Virus record (IMG/VR): IMGVR_UViG_3300003323_000257
Coordinates: 1 to 64,000 of that record
DNA from: a virus
Direction: 5' to 3' (one strand)
Length of the DNA stretch: 64,000 nt
Shown: positions 35,423-44,930 of the stretch, piece after piece
Layout: every line of letters begins with the position of its first letter
Numbering within the stretch: position 1 is the stretch's first letter
Notes under the pieces: generated by a model
Databases searched by the model: none
What the model was told of the DNA's origin: nothing
What the model saw: only the letters and a program-made list of their open reading frames with translations
Made by a program: the position numbers and the translations under genes

Positions 35423-36007
35423 ATGGACAATATTTCTCAAAACTTTCAAGTTCAAATCATTCGATTTGAAGGTGACACTGCAGTCACAGTAGCCAAAGAC
35501 CTGGCAGCAGCCATCATTACATGGGAACGCGAAATTGATGATGACGAAGAAGATGAAGACGACAAGGACGACGGCTTCCTTGTTCCTGATCACGTCACGC
35601 TTGACGCGGCTGATGAAATCGAGGTGGAGGACTCAGAAGAGGAGCCTGAGGATGAAGACTCTGACGAAGACGACTCCGATGAGGACTCTGATGCAGACGA
35701 AGACGAGGATGACGAGAGCCAGTCTAAGAAATCCAAAGGCGAAGATGTTACTGGTACCCTGTACCTGACCACTACGGTTAACAAGGGAGTGCTCGCTGAT
35801 CTGCGTGACATCCAGGACAGTAACGAAATGCACAGGATTCGCTTTACCTATGGTAATAGCACGGTAGGTTCCATTACACGCGAGTTCACTGTTTATCCTG
35901 ACTTGTTCGTAAGCATGACCGAGGGTAATCGGAATGGATTCCCTGAGGAACAGCCCCTCGAGGTCACTGTATCTTTCGACGTCAACGATTCCGACATCAT
36001 CTACTAA
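35423..36007 (+). CDS. highly acidic protein (D/E tract)
   Basis: EIDDDEEDEDDKDD...EEEPEDEDSDEDDSDEDSDADEDEDDE. Confidence 0.75.
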   Translation: MDNISQNFQVQIIRFEGDTAVTVAKDLAAAIITWEREIDDDEEDEDDKDDGFLVPDHVTLDAADEIEVEDSEEEPEDEDSDEDDSDEDSDADEDEDDESQSKKSKGEDVTGTLYLTTTVNKGVLADLRDIQDSNEMHRIRFTYGNSTVGSITREFTVYPDLFVSMTEGNRNGFPEEQPLEVTVSFDVNDSDIIY

Positions 36008-36013
36008 TACCAA

Positions 36014-37702
36014 ATGGAAATTCCAATTACAGTAGCCTGCTATAAGGCAGCTAAAGCCAAAATGGGGGATGACCTCCCAACGTTATTCACCCACCGCAAG
36101 AAAGACGGCGACACCATTACGTTGCCTATCTACGATCTTGATCTGGACAAGCTAACGACTCTTACAGGATTCCTGAAATCACACAAGGATGATTCGTATT
36201 CCAAAATCGCCAAGCTGTGCAGGTCGCTAAAGGACCCGACCAACAAAAAGATCGAGGCCTTGGAGGAGCTACCTGCTTTGATTATTGGCTTCCTCAAGGC
36301 ACAGGACACCAAGACTCTTCATTCGTTGCACGCGGAGCTGCGTGGCGTGGCCTATCTTCCGATGAGTGTGAAGTTTCATCCGGAGGTACGTGAGGGTAAG
36401 TACCAGACGCGACGTGAAGCCTATGTAGAGTTCGAATACTGCTATAACTCTCGCCATGGCTACTCCACTGATTCGTTCACTGTGCGTAAACGTGATGCCT
36501 ATGGTACAGTCCCTGAATTGTTTAGGCGCCATAACCTGATGGCTCCTGATGAATCAATGGTCGAGGACTATGAGAAGATCAAGAAACGATATCTCAAATA
36601 CTCCGACATGCACGGCGAACAATTCGAGTGCCGCGGTAATGCGTTCGCCACTGGCGGGGCTCACTGGTGGCGAGAGGACGAGCTTGAACTGACCATCTTC
36701 GGAAAGCCTTCAAAAGGTGTGTTGGACACCGAACATGGCATAAACAAGTACAACAGAAACTACGCGAAGAATACAGTCCAATCCGAAATCTATGACAACT
36801 CCTGGTGTGCGCCGCCTGTACACCCGGTACTTCCAGTGTTCTCGTTGGTGCATCATCGCACTGTATGGGTAAACGTAGGTAACATGCGTCCTTACGAGTA
36901 CGATGACAAGGTTCAGGACAAGTTGATTCTTCCAGATACACACCGTCGGTTGGTCAACGCACTGGTCTCCAACCTAGAAGCCTTGCGTGATGAATCCGAA
37001 GGTAACGACAAATCAAAACTCATTAAAGCCAAGGCATCTTCATCTGTCATTCTGAATTACGGTCCGCCCGGTACAGGCAAGACTTTAACTGCTGAAGTTT
37101 ACGCTGAAACTATTGAGCGTCCTTTGTATGAGATTCAATGCGCACAAATCGGTAGTAATCCAGAGGACATCGAAAAGAATCTGTCAAAGATTCTGGAACG
37201 TTCCTTGCGATTGAAGATGCCGTTGCTGATTAATGAAGCTGACGCATTCGTTGGTGCACGTGGTAAATCAATCGAACAAGATGCTATCGTTGCTGTGTTC
37301 CTGCGCTTGCTGGAGTATCACACCGGTCTGGTATTCTTGACGACCAATCGTGACCAGGACATTGATGACGCTATCAAGTCCCGTTGTATCGCCATGATTG
37401 AATTCAAAGCGCCGGCACGTAAGGAACGCCTCAATCTGTGGAAAATGCAGCTCGAACAGTTCAACCTGGAACTCAGCAAACCTGATCTGCTGAAGGCCGT
37501 CAGAGCTTTCCCTACCATCGTAGGACGAGACATCCAAAATCTGATCAAGTTGACTTCTCGCGTGTGCAAGGCAACCAAGACAGAATTCTGTTTTGAGGAG
37601 CTGCGCTATAACGCAGTCTTCCGAGGCATCAAGGTTCTGACCGATGCAGAAATGGTTGCTGAGCGTGAAAAGGAAGAAGCCGCCAAAGAGGTGAAAGACT
37701 AA
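36014..37702 (+). CDS. AAA+ ATPase
   Basis: Walker A GPPGTGKT, Walker B LLINEAD, FLRLLEY, FLTTNR...DDAIKSR. Confidence 0.9.
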   Translation: MEIPITVACYKAAKAKMGDDLPTLFTHRKKDGDTITLPIYDLDLDKLTTLTGFLKSHKDDSYSKIAKLCRSLKDPTNKKIEALEELPALIIGFLKAQDTKTLHSLHAELRGVAYLPMSVKFHPEVREGKYQTRREAYVEFEYCYNSRHGYSTDSFTVRKRDAYGTVPELFRRHNLMAPDESMVEDYEKIKKRYLKYSDMHGEQFECRGNAFATGGAHWWREDELELTIFGKPSKGVLDTEHGINKYNRNYAKNTVQSEIYDNSWCAPPVHPVLPVFSLVHHRTVWVNVGNMRPYEYDDKVQDKLILPDTHRRLVNALVSNLEALRDESEGNDKSKLIKAKASSSVILNYGPPGTGKTLTAEVYAETIERPLYEIQCAQIGSNPEDIEKNLSKILERSLRLKMPLLINEADAFVGARGKSIEQDAIVAVFLRLLEYHTGLVFLTTNRDQDIDDAIKSRCIAMIEFKAPARKERLNLWKMQLEQFNLELSKPDLLKAVRAFPTIVGRDIQNLIKLTSRVCKATKTEFCFEELRYNAVFRGIKVLTDAEMVAEREKEEAAKEVKD

Positions 37703-37712
37703 TCATGGTCAC

Positions 37713-38063
37713 GTGCAGAGGATTGCTGTGAAGACTTCTGAACCCTTGATCCTACATCCTGATCTTGGACAGGATCTTTTAGTCCTTCCACATAACAAAC
37801 GAGGGAACAAACTTCGCAAGAATGTGGCAACAGGTCGACTTAAAGTAAGCGAAGGGCATCTAGGCACTGTTCAAGGCATGACAATCAAACTTCCGCCTGC
37901 TCGCATACTAACCTGTAGCTTTTCTATAAGCAAGGAAGACTTGGACGGCCTTAATCCTTTTCGCACAACTATGGAGATCGTGAAATGGAAGAATCCAAAG
38001 AACGAAATCTTGAAGTTCAACAAGCGCAAGAAGCAGAAACGTCAGCGCACTGGCCGCAGGTAA
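37713..38063 (+). CDS. hypothetical protein with basic tail
   Basis: ORF in run. Confidence 0.6.
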   Translation: MQRIAVKTSEPLILHPDLGQDLLVLPHNKRGNKLRKNVATGRLKVSEGHLGTVQGMTIKLPPARILTCSFSISKEDLDGLNPFRTTMEIVKWKNPKNEILKFNKRKKQKRQRTGRR

Positions 38064-38368
38064 CAAGTCGTCAGTGGTCTACTGAACAGGACGGGCCGCA
38101 CGATAGGCCTGTCGACATCTGGTACAACGGCAGTTGGGTGCCTGCGTTCTTCAAAGACATCAAGGCAGGAGATTTCTTTCTGATCTTGGATCATAACCTG
38201 GACCCAGGTAAATGCTTTCACGCAATGTCTGACTGCAAACGCTGCGGCACCGCCAATGGCCATTCAAACTTTATCATCATGAAGGGTATGGAGATTGTGC
38301 AGGCTCCGACCATTAAGGACATTACTGCATTAAACCTAGAGAATCACAAACCAAAGGAACTTAAATGA
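37985..38368 (+). CDS. hypothetical protein (true start probably internal)
   Basis: ORF track; overlaps previous gene. Confidence 0.5.
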   Translation: MEESKERNLEVQQAQEAETSAHWPQVTSRQWSTEQDGPHDRPVDIWYNGSWVPAFFKDIKAGDFFLILDHNLDPGKCFHAMSDCKRCGTANGHSNFIIMKGMEIVQAPTIKDITALNLENHKPKELK

Positions 38369-38859
38369 GTCAATTAAGTCAAGCTGTACAAGAGGCAATT
38401 CAGAAGGACCTTCCAGGTCTTGCCGCCGGAGAACTGAAGACCTTTATTGCAAAGGCGGAGCAGACCGAAAAAGAATTGACTGAAGCCAGGGCGCTTCTAG
38501 TAATTCGAAATAAGACCATCGCGGAGCAAACGGTTCAACTTGAGCAACATAAAGCGTTGAACGAGCGCCAGGCTGAACTGAATAAATATAGCAGCGAGCT
38601 TCAACAGAAAGAATTAGCGCTCCTGAAGCGTGAGGCCGTCCTGGAAGCAAAGATCGCAACAGCTGAACTTAATGGCGTCAAGGAAACTATGGATGCTTTC
38701 CTTAAGAACACCACTGTGCGCAAGACAGTCATTGCCGATGTATCGAAGCCTGTTGACGGCATGCCTTCTTCGCAATATGCCTCAGGCTCTGCAGGTACGC
38801 TGCAACGCAACTACGACGGCCGTCCTGATACCACAACCACCACGGAGACTGAAGAATGA
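38365..38859 (+). CDS. coiled-coil hypothetical protein
   Basis: ATGA overlap; heptad-like helix. Confidence 0.75.
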   Translation: MSQLSQAVQEAIQKDLPGLAAGELKTFIAKAEQTEKELTEARALLVIRNKTIAEQTVQLEQHKALNERQAELNKYSSELQQKELALLKREAVLEAKIATAELNGVKETMDAFLKNTTVRKTVIADVSKPVDGMPSSQYASGSAGTLQRNYDGRPDTTTTTETEE

Positions 38860-39191
38860 GCAATTCACTGACTCGATTGGATCCTAATGCCGTAAAGGCT
38901 ATGATCACCAGCACTACCTATCACCGCAGCCCTTCCGGTAAAGCCATCATCTGCGAGATCATGATTAATGGTGGATACTCCTGCATCGGCATCGGTCGCG
39001 TTATTGACATGGATAACGATAACGAAGAGATCGGAAAGCAAGCCGCACATGCCGAGGCTATGGAAGAAGTGTTTTCATATGCCGCTGTTGTAATGGCTGA
39101 ACGTATGCGCAATGACGAAGTTCCAAATGCCAATGTCGATCTACTGCAAGCCTATGCTAATACCCATGGGGGTCAACCCCGCCTCATCTAA
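38856..39191 (+). CDS. Phage_gp49_66-family-like protein (possible Acb4-type sponge)
   Basis: ITSTTYH...ICEIMINGGYSCIG...D.EIGKQAAHAEAM pattern. Confidence 0.55.
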   Translation: MSNSLTRLDPNAVKAMITSTTYHRSPSGKAIICEIMINGGYSCIGIGRVIDMDNDNEEIGKQAAHAEAMEEVFSYAAVVMAERMRNDEVPNANVDLLQAYANTHGGQPRLI

Positions 39192-39205
39192 TCAGAAAGA
39201 ATAAA

Positions 39206-39712
39206 ATGCCTGCAAAGAAAATCAAAGCTCAAACCGAAACTGCTCACCTGAATGCTAATCCAAAGAACGCAGCACGCCTTCAGGAGTCGATTGGACAGGT
39301 TAAATCGAACAGTAAGCGTAAAACCGTCAGCTTGACGCCAGGTAGCATCGATATGGATGACCTGGCCCGACGAGTTGCGCGAATCCAAAGTGGTCCTATC
39401 ATTGGACAGACAAATGAAAAGTCAGTGGTCTCTCCTGCGTACGCGGCATCGGACATTCCAGGGAAAATGTCTCCTATTGATGGTGCATTTGAAGACCTGT
39501 TCTTCAATATGAATAATCTGGAGGCGGCAACGAGTGAACTTTTGTCCTCCATTAACTCTGTTCTTCTGTATCCAGCAACCGACGATGAAGCTAAATGCGG
39601 ACCTGATGAACCTACCGTATCTTCGGTGCACCAACAACTTCGCAACATCACTCAGCGAGTACGTAATGTTACGCAACGTTTAAACGACGCACGCGGAGCA
39701 GTCCAGCTGTAA
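39206..39712 (+). CDS. protein with N-terminal YefM-antitoxin-like peptide and C-terminal helical domain
   Basis: ETAHLNANPKNAARLQESIGQVKS vs YefM [24 protein letters not shown]. Confidence 0.5.
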   Translation: MPAKKIKAQTETAHLNANPKNAARLQESIGQVKSNSKRKTVSLTPGSIDMDDLARRVARIQSGPIIGQTNEKSVVSPAYAASDIPGKMSPIDGAFEDLFFNMNNLEAATSELLSSINSVLLYPATDDEAKCGPDEPTVSSVHQQLRNITQRVRNVTQRLNDARGAVQL

Positions 39713-39717
39713 TCAAA

Positions 39718-39745
39718 CAAGGGAGCCCAATTTGGGCTCCCTTTG
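39718..39745 (+). terminator. intrinsic terminator
   Basis: agggagccca-att-tgggctccct ttg. Confidence 0.75.
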
Positions 39746-39752
39746 TCATTTG

Positions 39753-39761
39753 TAGTAAATA
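39753..39761 (+). promoter_or_regulatory. putative late promoter TAGTAAATA
   Basis: After terminator, before RBS AGGAG. Confidence 0.6.
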
Positions 39762-39782
39762 ATAGTGTTAATCATTTAGGAG

Positions 39783-40298
39783 ATGGTCATGAAGATGCTA
39801 TACGTGGTCCCTTACCTTCCAGGAGACATACAAGATGACAACCACTTTAGGGTCGAGCACCATCACTCCCTAGGACTGAGTGGCACTACCTGCATTCTCA
39901 GTGGTGGCCGCGAACGAGAAGTGCGATGTACCTCTAGGAAAGCTCTTAACTGGGAGATGCACAAGTGTGAAACCATCCTTGTGCACTTGAAGCCGTTACC
40001 AAAATCAGTAATCCTTAAATATCAGTTAAAGAATCTGGACACACTCGATATTTTGAAATGGCTCTCCAAATATCCTAGTTCTCTAGATGAATTGCGTAAA
40101 CAGATTCCTTTAAAGCCTTATGGTCAAGAACCTAACCCATTTTGTTCCATCATTGGTCCGTCGAAATTGATGCATAAGAAGTTGACTAAATTATGGAATC
40201 AAGACTTGATATGTTTTCGCACCAAGCATGGAAGAATTCTATACGAGTTGACTAACAAAGGTCGGTACACACTAAGTCAATTACTGGAGGTAAAATGA
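39783..40298 (+). CDS. hypothetical protein, possible C-terminal winged helix
   Basis: ...ILYELTNKGRYTL. Confidence 0.65.
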   Translation: MVMKMLYVVPYLPGDIQDDNHFRVEHHHSLGLSGTTCILSGGREREVRCTSRKALNWEMHKCETILVHLKPLPKSVILKYQLKNLDTLDILKWLSKYPSSLDELRKQIPLKPYGQEPNPFCSIIGPSKLMHKKLTKLWNQDLICFRTKHGRILYELTNKGRYTLSQLLEVK

Positions 40299-40798
40299 TC
40301 GAACTAAAACGTGTTCCATTTGTAGGGGATGAGCGCATCTTGAATATGGTAGATACAATCCGTCCACGTACCAAGATCAAGGTGGAGCATACCGCTGATG
40401 TATTCACAGGTAACATCGTTGTCATTGAAGGAACAGAATACAAAATTCGTTCAGTGAATCCTCACGGTCCTGTCTCCAAGGGCAACTGCTTCATTCGTGT
40501 TTCTCGCACCTCAAAAGAGAAACGTCTACAGGCGAAGGATCTGTGTGTCTACACGATCCTAAAGTTTCTTGCTGTTGCAAAGAAACCTGTGACGTGGTCT
40601 ATGGAAGTTCCAAAGGAAGATACCGTTGCCTATGCACTAACTGAGATAGATAGCACAAACGTTAAAGTTTTGCTCCGTAAGATGGCTAGCTTAAAAAGGC
40701 AAGGATACGTTAGCGGTTGTGCGTGTGGGTGTCACGGACGTTTTGAAATAACGGATCAAGGACATGCAGCATTAATTGAACTTCAAAACGAGATTTAA
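40295..40798 (+). CDS. hypothetical protein with C-terminal wHTH-like GCACGCHG motif
   Basis: KMASLKRQGYVSGCACGCHGRFEITDQG. Confidence 0.7.
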   Translation: MIELKRVPFVGDERILNMVDTIRPRTKIKVEHTADVFTGNIVVIEGTEYKIRSVNPHGPVSKGNCFIRVSRTSKEKRLQAKDLCVYTILKFLAVAKKPVTWSMEVPKEDTVAYALTEIDSTNVKVLLRKMASLKRQGYVSGCACGCHGRFEITDQGHAALIELQNEI

Positions 40799-40799
40799 T

Positions 40800-43700
40800 A
40801 TGCTTGAAACCAGATTTTTATTCCCGTTTGACCAAGAAGGCGCCTACGAACTAAGCATACCTAAATGTGCTTCCTGGGAATCTTCCAAGACCAAGATTTT
40901 GGTCTTGCTGCAGACGGTTGATGGGCGTGATCTTAAAGCCAAAGGTATGCTGGCCGACAAGATGGTGCGACAATGCTTCACCAATGCACTGAAATACGCG
41001 CAGACCTACGCACGGACCTACAAGGAGGAATTGAAGCAGTCTGCTTATGTGGTTGCTCCGTTCAATCGCAAACGCCACCTGAACCTTAAAGGTGCGGCTC
41101 GAAAAAGCGCTGAACTAGAATTCGCAGAACACGCCCACAAGCTGATTAAGAAGCTAAAGCCGACACACGTTCTGATTTCTGGTGACGAGGCGTTTCATGC
41201 CATGTGGCCTAAAATAGAACACCACACCTACAAGCGTGGCTGGGTTCATGATCTTGAATCGAAAGGTCATAAGGTAAAGGTTACATCGACTCTTGACTTC
41301 TCTCGTCTGTTGGAGAAAAAAGGTGAATACGCTAACCTGTTAGGTTTCTGGTGCAGGCACTTCGCGCACCTAATGCTCGGCCGTCACCCTCATTCGTTAA
41401 AAGGATTAGAACCTACCGTAAGGTACGTGGACACTATCGAGAAGTTCGACCGTCTCATGGACCGTATGGAAGACGAGTCTGAGTTTTCGACTGACACGGA
41501 GACACGTGACCTCTCTGTGCTAGGTAATGCCATCTATACGATTCAATTCGCCTTGGGGTCCAACCCAAGTGTTGGATACGTGATCCCAGTGGACCATCCT
41601 CTGCAGGATTGCTGGACCAAAGAACAGCGCAAGCATATCAAAAAACGACTGCGCAAGTTGTTTGCGTCTAAAAAGAAAAAGCTTATCGTCGGCATGAACA
41701 TCATGTATGACCTTAGGGTTATCCGCAGGTGTCTAAAGATTCCAATCATCTGGCATGACGTATGGGAGATCACCGCAGGTGAGCATGACCTGGACGAGAA
41801 CATTACAGAACTTGCCAACTTTAATTCCAAGCCAGGTAATCTGGCGGCCATCTTAGGTTCGTACGAATGTTCCTTCTATTGGGACAACTCTTTTGGTAAG
41901 GAAGATCGTTCAACCATCGCTGCTGTTAAGCCTACAGATAAAGGCTTCCAGCGATACGGAGCAATGGACGTTGTTAGTCTTCTGCACATCAAGCCACAAC
42001 AGATTAAAAGGGCGGCGCACCAATTCATCGAGGGACAGTCCTATAAGCCTTATTACGTAAGGCACATGATTGACCAAATGGGTGACACCGCCCATCAATT
42101 GTCACACCTTCGTGAAGACGGATCCTTGGTGGACGTTAATTATCTTCGACACCTGGTCTCCCCAGAAAGTCCTTTGAAGACTGAGATGAAACGACTGGCC
42201 TCGGAGTTTAGGCTGTTCCCTGAGGTGCAGGAGGCTAATCAGCGAATTCTTGGCGAATCTGGAATGAAGGCCAAAGGTTTGTTCGGAAAGTCCAAGGCTG
42301 CCGCCAAATGGGCGCTTTCGATGACCAAGCCTGCCCACCTTAGGGTTCTGTTCTTTGATGTGATGGGTATGGAGCCTGTCAACGAGACTGTCCAAGGAGA
42401 GAAATCAGTAGACAAGGCGTTCGTCACCGAAAACGAGGCGCGTAATCCTGTGGTGGCTGCTTATGGTGAGCACGCAAAACTTGGCAAATTGCTGTCAACC
42501 TATGCCAAGGGTTGGTTGAAGAAATTACGTTCCAATCGCGACTCAGCGGAAGATCAACATTTACGTGCTGACTATTCCTTCTTTGACGTAGCAACTGGAC
42601 GCCTGAACTCCAAGAATCCTAACCTGCAACAAATTCCTTCGCGTGGCAAGCTGGCAAAGATCATCAAAAAGATGTTCGTGGCCAAGAAGGGTACATTGCT
42701 GGTTCGTTACGACTATTCTGCACACGAGGTTCGTGTGTGGTCCTACGTAGGCAAGGATCAAATCCTCGCGGGCATCTTCAAGGTCGGTCAGAAGCTCCGA
42801 CAGCAATTCATTGTTGATCCCTCAGAAGAAAACGCGAAGGCTATCAAACTCAAGGGTGACATTCACATTCTGAACGTCAAACGGTTACTCGGCAAAATTG
42901 TCGATAAGAGCCATCCACTTCGAGACGCCATTAAAGCTGTTATCTTTGGTCTGCTGTACGGCAAGTCTGCTGAGACTTTAGGTGAGGACACGAAGCTCGG
43001 TGACAAGCAAGCTCTGATGAAAATCATCGGAGACAAAGAGGCTGACGTTAAGGCAAAGAAGGAAGCAGAGAAAAACCTGCGCGCACTTATGGCAGAGGAC
43101 CGCACTTCTTACGCGCAAGGTCTGATTGATAAGGTCTTCCAAGAATTTAAGGGAGGAGCCAAGTGGACCAACAAAATGAAAAAGTTGGTCGAGACCGAGT
43201 ACTACGTTTATAGCCCTATTGGAAGGATGCGCCGTCTGTACGCAGCAATGACTGGCGATCGCGGTATCGTTAATCAGCAGATTCGTAGGGGCTCTAACGC
43301 ACCTATTCAAGGGTTCGCTTCTGAGATTGGCATCAAGGCTGGCCGTTTAATTATGGAACTCTACTACAAGGAGCTGCCTAAGTTTTGTGAGTTCCTCGAT
43401 ATAGAATACGACGACTGGGAGTTGCGTGTTCCTTATAATCGAGTTGTCCATGATGCATCATACTATTCCGTTATGTATTCGATGGTAATTCCATTCACTC
43501 ACATATTACAATATGCTGCGACTTATGGAGTAACTGAAGTCTACGCAAAGGAGTTCAACGTTGAATTTCCTGTAGAGCCAGAGATCGAGATGGAATTTGG
43601 GGTCCGTGACGATTCCACCCACAAGTGGGACTGGAGTATTCCTAACATTGTTGACTCTATCGTTAAGTCAATTGACCAAGCCGAGGAACTGAATTTGTTG

Positions 43701-43871
43701 GAAGGTTCAAAAGATGAAGTCTTGAAGACCATTTTCGAACCATGGCGGAATAAGAAAATGAGGACTTACCTGCAGTCGAAATATCCGTTGCTAGGTGTAA
43801 AAAATCTTGACCGTCAGATAACAGAGGCACTTACCGTGGTTTATGGAAAGAAAGGGAAGGAGACTGCCTGA
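40800..43871 (+). CDS. polA: DNA polymerase family A with 3'-5' exonuclease and N-terminal extra (UDG-like?) domain
   Basis: Exo I DTET, Exo II NIMYD, Exo III YGAMD; PNLQQIP; motif A DYSAHEVR; motif B RDAIKAVIFGLLYG; NAPIQG; motif C VHD. Confidence 0.93.
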   Translation: MLETRFLFPFDQEGAYELSIPKCASWESSKTKILVLLQTVDGRDLKAKGMLADKMVRQCFTNALKYAQTYARTYKEELKQSAYVVAPFNRKRHLNLKGAARKSAELEFAEHAHKLIKKLKPTHVLISGDEAFHAMWPKIEHHTYKRGWVHDLESKGHKVKVTSTLDFSRLLEKKGEYANLLGFWCRHFAHLMLGRHPHSLKGLEPTVRYVDTIEKFDRLMDRMEDESEFSTDTETRDLSVLGNAIYTIQFALGSNPSVGYVIPVDHPLQDCWTKEQRKHIKKRLRKLFASKKKKLIVGMNIMYDLRVIRRCLKIPIIWHDVWEITAGEHDLDENITELANFNSKPGNLAAILGSYECSFYWDNSFGKEDRSTIAAVKPTDKGFQRYGAMDVVSLLHIKPQQIKRAAHQFIEGQSYKPYYVRHMIDQMGDTAHQLSHLREDGSLVDVNYLRHLVSPESPLKTEMKRLASEFRLFPEVQEANQRILGESGMKAKGLFGKSKAAAKWALSMTKPAHLRVLFFDVMGMEPVNETVQGEKSVDKAFVTENEARNPVVAAYGEHAKLGKLLSTYAKGWLKKLRSNRDSAEDQHLRADYSFFDVATGRLNSKNPNLQQIPSRGKLAKIIKKMFVAKKGTLLVRYDYSAHEVRVWSYVGKDQILAGIFKVGQKLRQQFIVDPSEENAKAIKLKGDIHILNVKRLLGKIVDKSHPLRDAIKAVIFGLLYGKSAETLGEDTKLGDKQALMKIIGDKEADVKAKKEAEKNLRALMAEDRTSYAQGLIDKVFQEFKGGAKWTNKMKKLVETEYYVYSPIGRMRRLYAAMTGDRGIVNQQIRRGSNAPIQGFASEIGIKAGRLIMELYYKELPKFCEFLDIEYDDWELRVPYNRVVHDASYYSVMYSMVIPFTHILQYAATYGVTEVYAKEFNVEFPVEPEIEMEFGVRDDSTHKWDWSIPNIVDSIVKSIDQAEELNLLEGSKDEVLKTIFEPWRNKKMRTYLQSKYPLLGVKNLDRQITEALTVVYGKKGKETA

Positions 43872-44581
43872 TGCAGCCTTTATCTTCACAGGAAAGAGAG
43901 CTGTCCCCTATTGAACTTCGCAAGCGTCGACGTAAGATAGTAGTAGTTCTAGGTTTTCGTCGCAGTGATTTTGAACTCTGGTTAAGGAAATGGAAAACCT
44001 TTTGCTATTGGGCCGAGGAACGAACTTCCATTAACAAGCTGCATTTTCCTCTGTACCTAGTAAAAGCACACGAGGCTGGTATAAAACGTCCTACGCAAAT
44101 AGGAAGAAAGCGCAATCAATTCCAACTTGGACGGATAGGAGATAAAGGTGGCTATACCAAAGCTAATTGTCGATTCATAACAGTCCAACAGAACCAGGAA
44201 GAGCGCAAGCTTAATGGTGGAACTGCTATAGCAGTTGAGAAGGCAGCAAGAATACGAAGAGGACAAACGAAAGAGACCGATGAACACATAGCATCCATGG
44301 CTGAAAAGTTACGTGGGCGCTCTATGCAGGATCATGAGTACCTAGCTGCGGCCGGTAGAAAGCGAGGTCGTGCCTTTAAAGTAAAATCACCCTCAGGAAA
44401 ACGCATTACAGGTCAAAGTTTAAATGCTCTCTGCAAGGAATATGGATTAAATCAATCCATGATGAGCAAACTTTGTCGCGGGGATATTGAAACGTATAAA
44501 GGTTGGACTGGTAGGTACACCGAGCCGTTAAAACCATGGTATCGTATAAAGGAGAAGGGATGCAAGAAAGCCGCTACGTAA
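43871..44581 (+). CDS. free-standing HNH/His-Me-type homing endonuclease with C-terminal NUMOD1/IENR1-like HTH
   Basis: LGRIGDKGGYTKANCRFITVQQN; C-terminal SLNALCKEYGLNQSMMSKLCRG...KGW. Confidence 0.65.
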   Translation: MQPLSSQERELSPIELRKRRRKIVVVLGFRRSDFELWLRKWKTFCYWAEERTSINKLHFPLYLVKAHEAGIKRPTQIGRKRNQFQLGRIGDKGGYTKANCRFITVQQNQEERKLNGGTAIAVEKAARIRRGQTKETDEHIASMAEKLRGRSMQDHEYLAAAGRKRGRAFKVKSPSGKRITGQSLNALCKEYGLNQSMMSKLCRGDIETYKGWTGRYTEPLKPWYRIKEKGCKKAAT

Positions 44582-44919
44582 TGCAGGCTTTTGATGAACA
44601 AACATGGTCGATCTTGGATTCTGAAACCAACAAGGTGTATGCGTTGGCTTTGACTGAACTGGCGAATTTTAGAGTCCACATTGCACTAGCTGAAGTATCC
44701 CTGAATTCTCACACAGCTCGTTATATGATGTACCTGCGTGAGATTCTAGGGGTGCACCTTCAAGTAAGCGATCAAAACGTAGGTCGTGATGTTTTGACCT
44801 ACGTGCTTCAAGAACTTCAGCTAGGTGCTGATATCGCAAACCCTGTTGAAATGGCTATTCGATTATCTGCTGATCTTCACGGACAGCCTATTGAGTGGCC
44901 TGTTTCACCATCTCATTAG
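44560..44919 (+). CDS. hypothetical protein
   Basis: RBS AAGGAG. Confidence 0.7.
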   Translation: MQESRYVMQAFDEQTWSILDSETNKVYALALTELANFRVHIALAEVSLNSHTARYMMYLREILGVHLQVSDQNVGRDVLTYVLQELQLGADIANPVEMAIRLSADLHGQPIEWPVSPSH

Positions 44920-44930
44920 AGGCCTCACAA

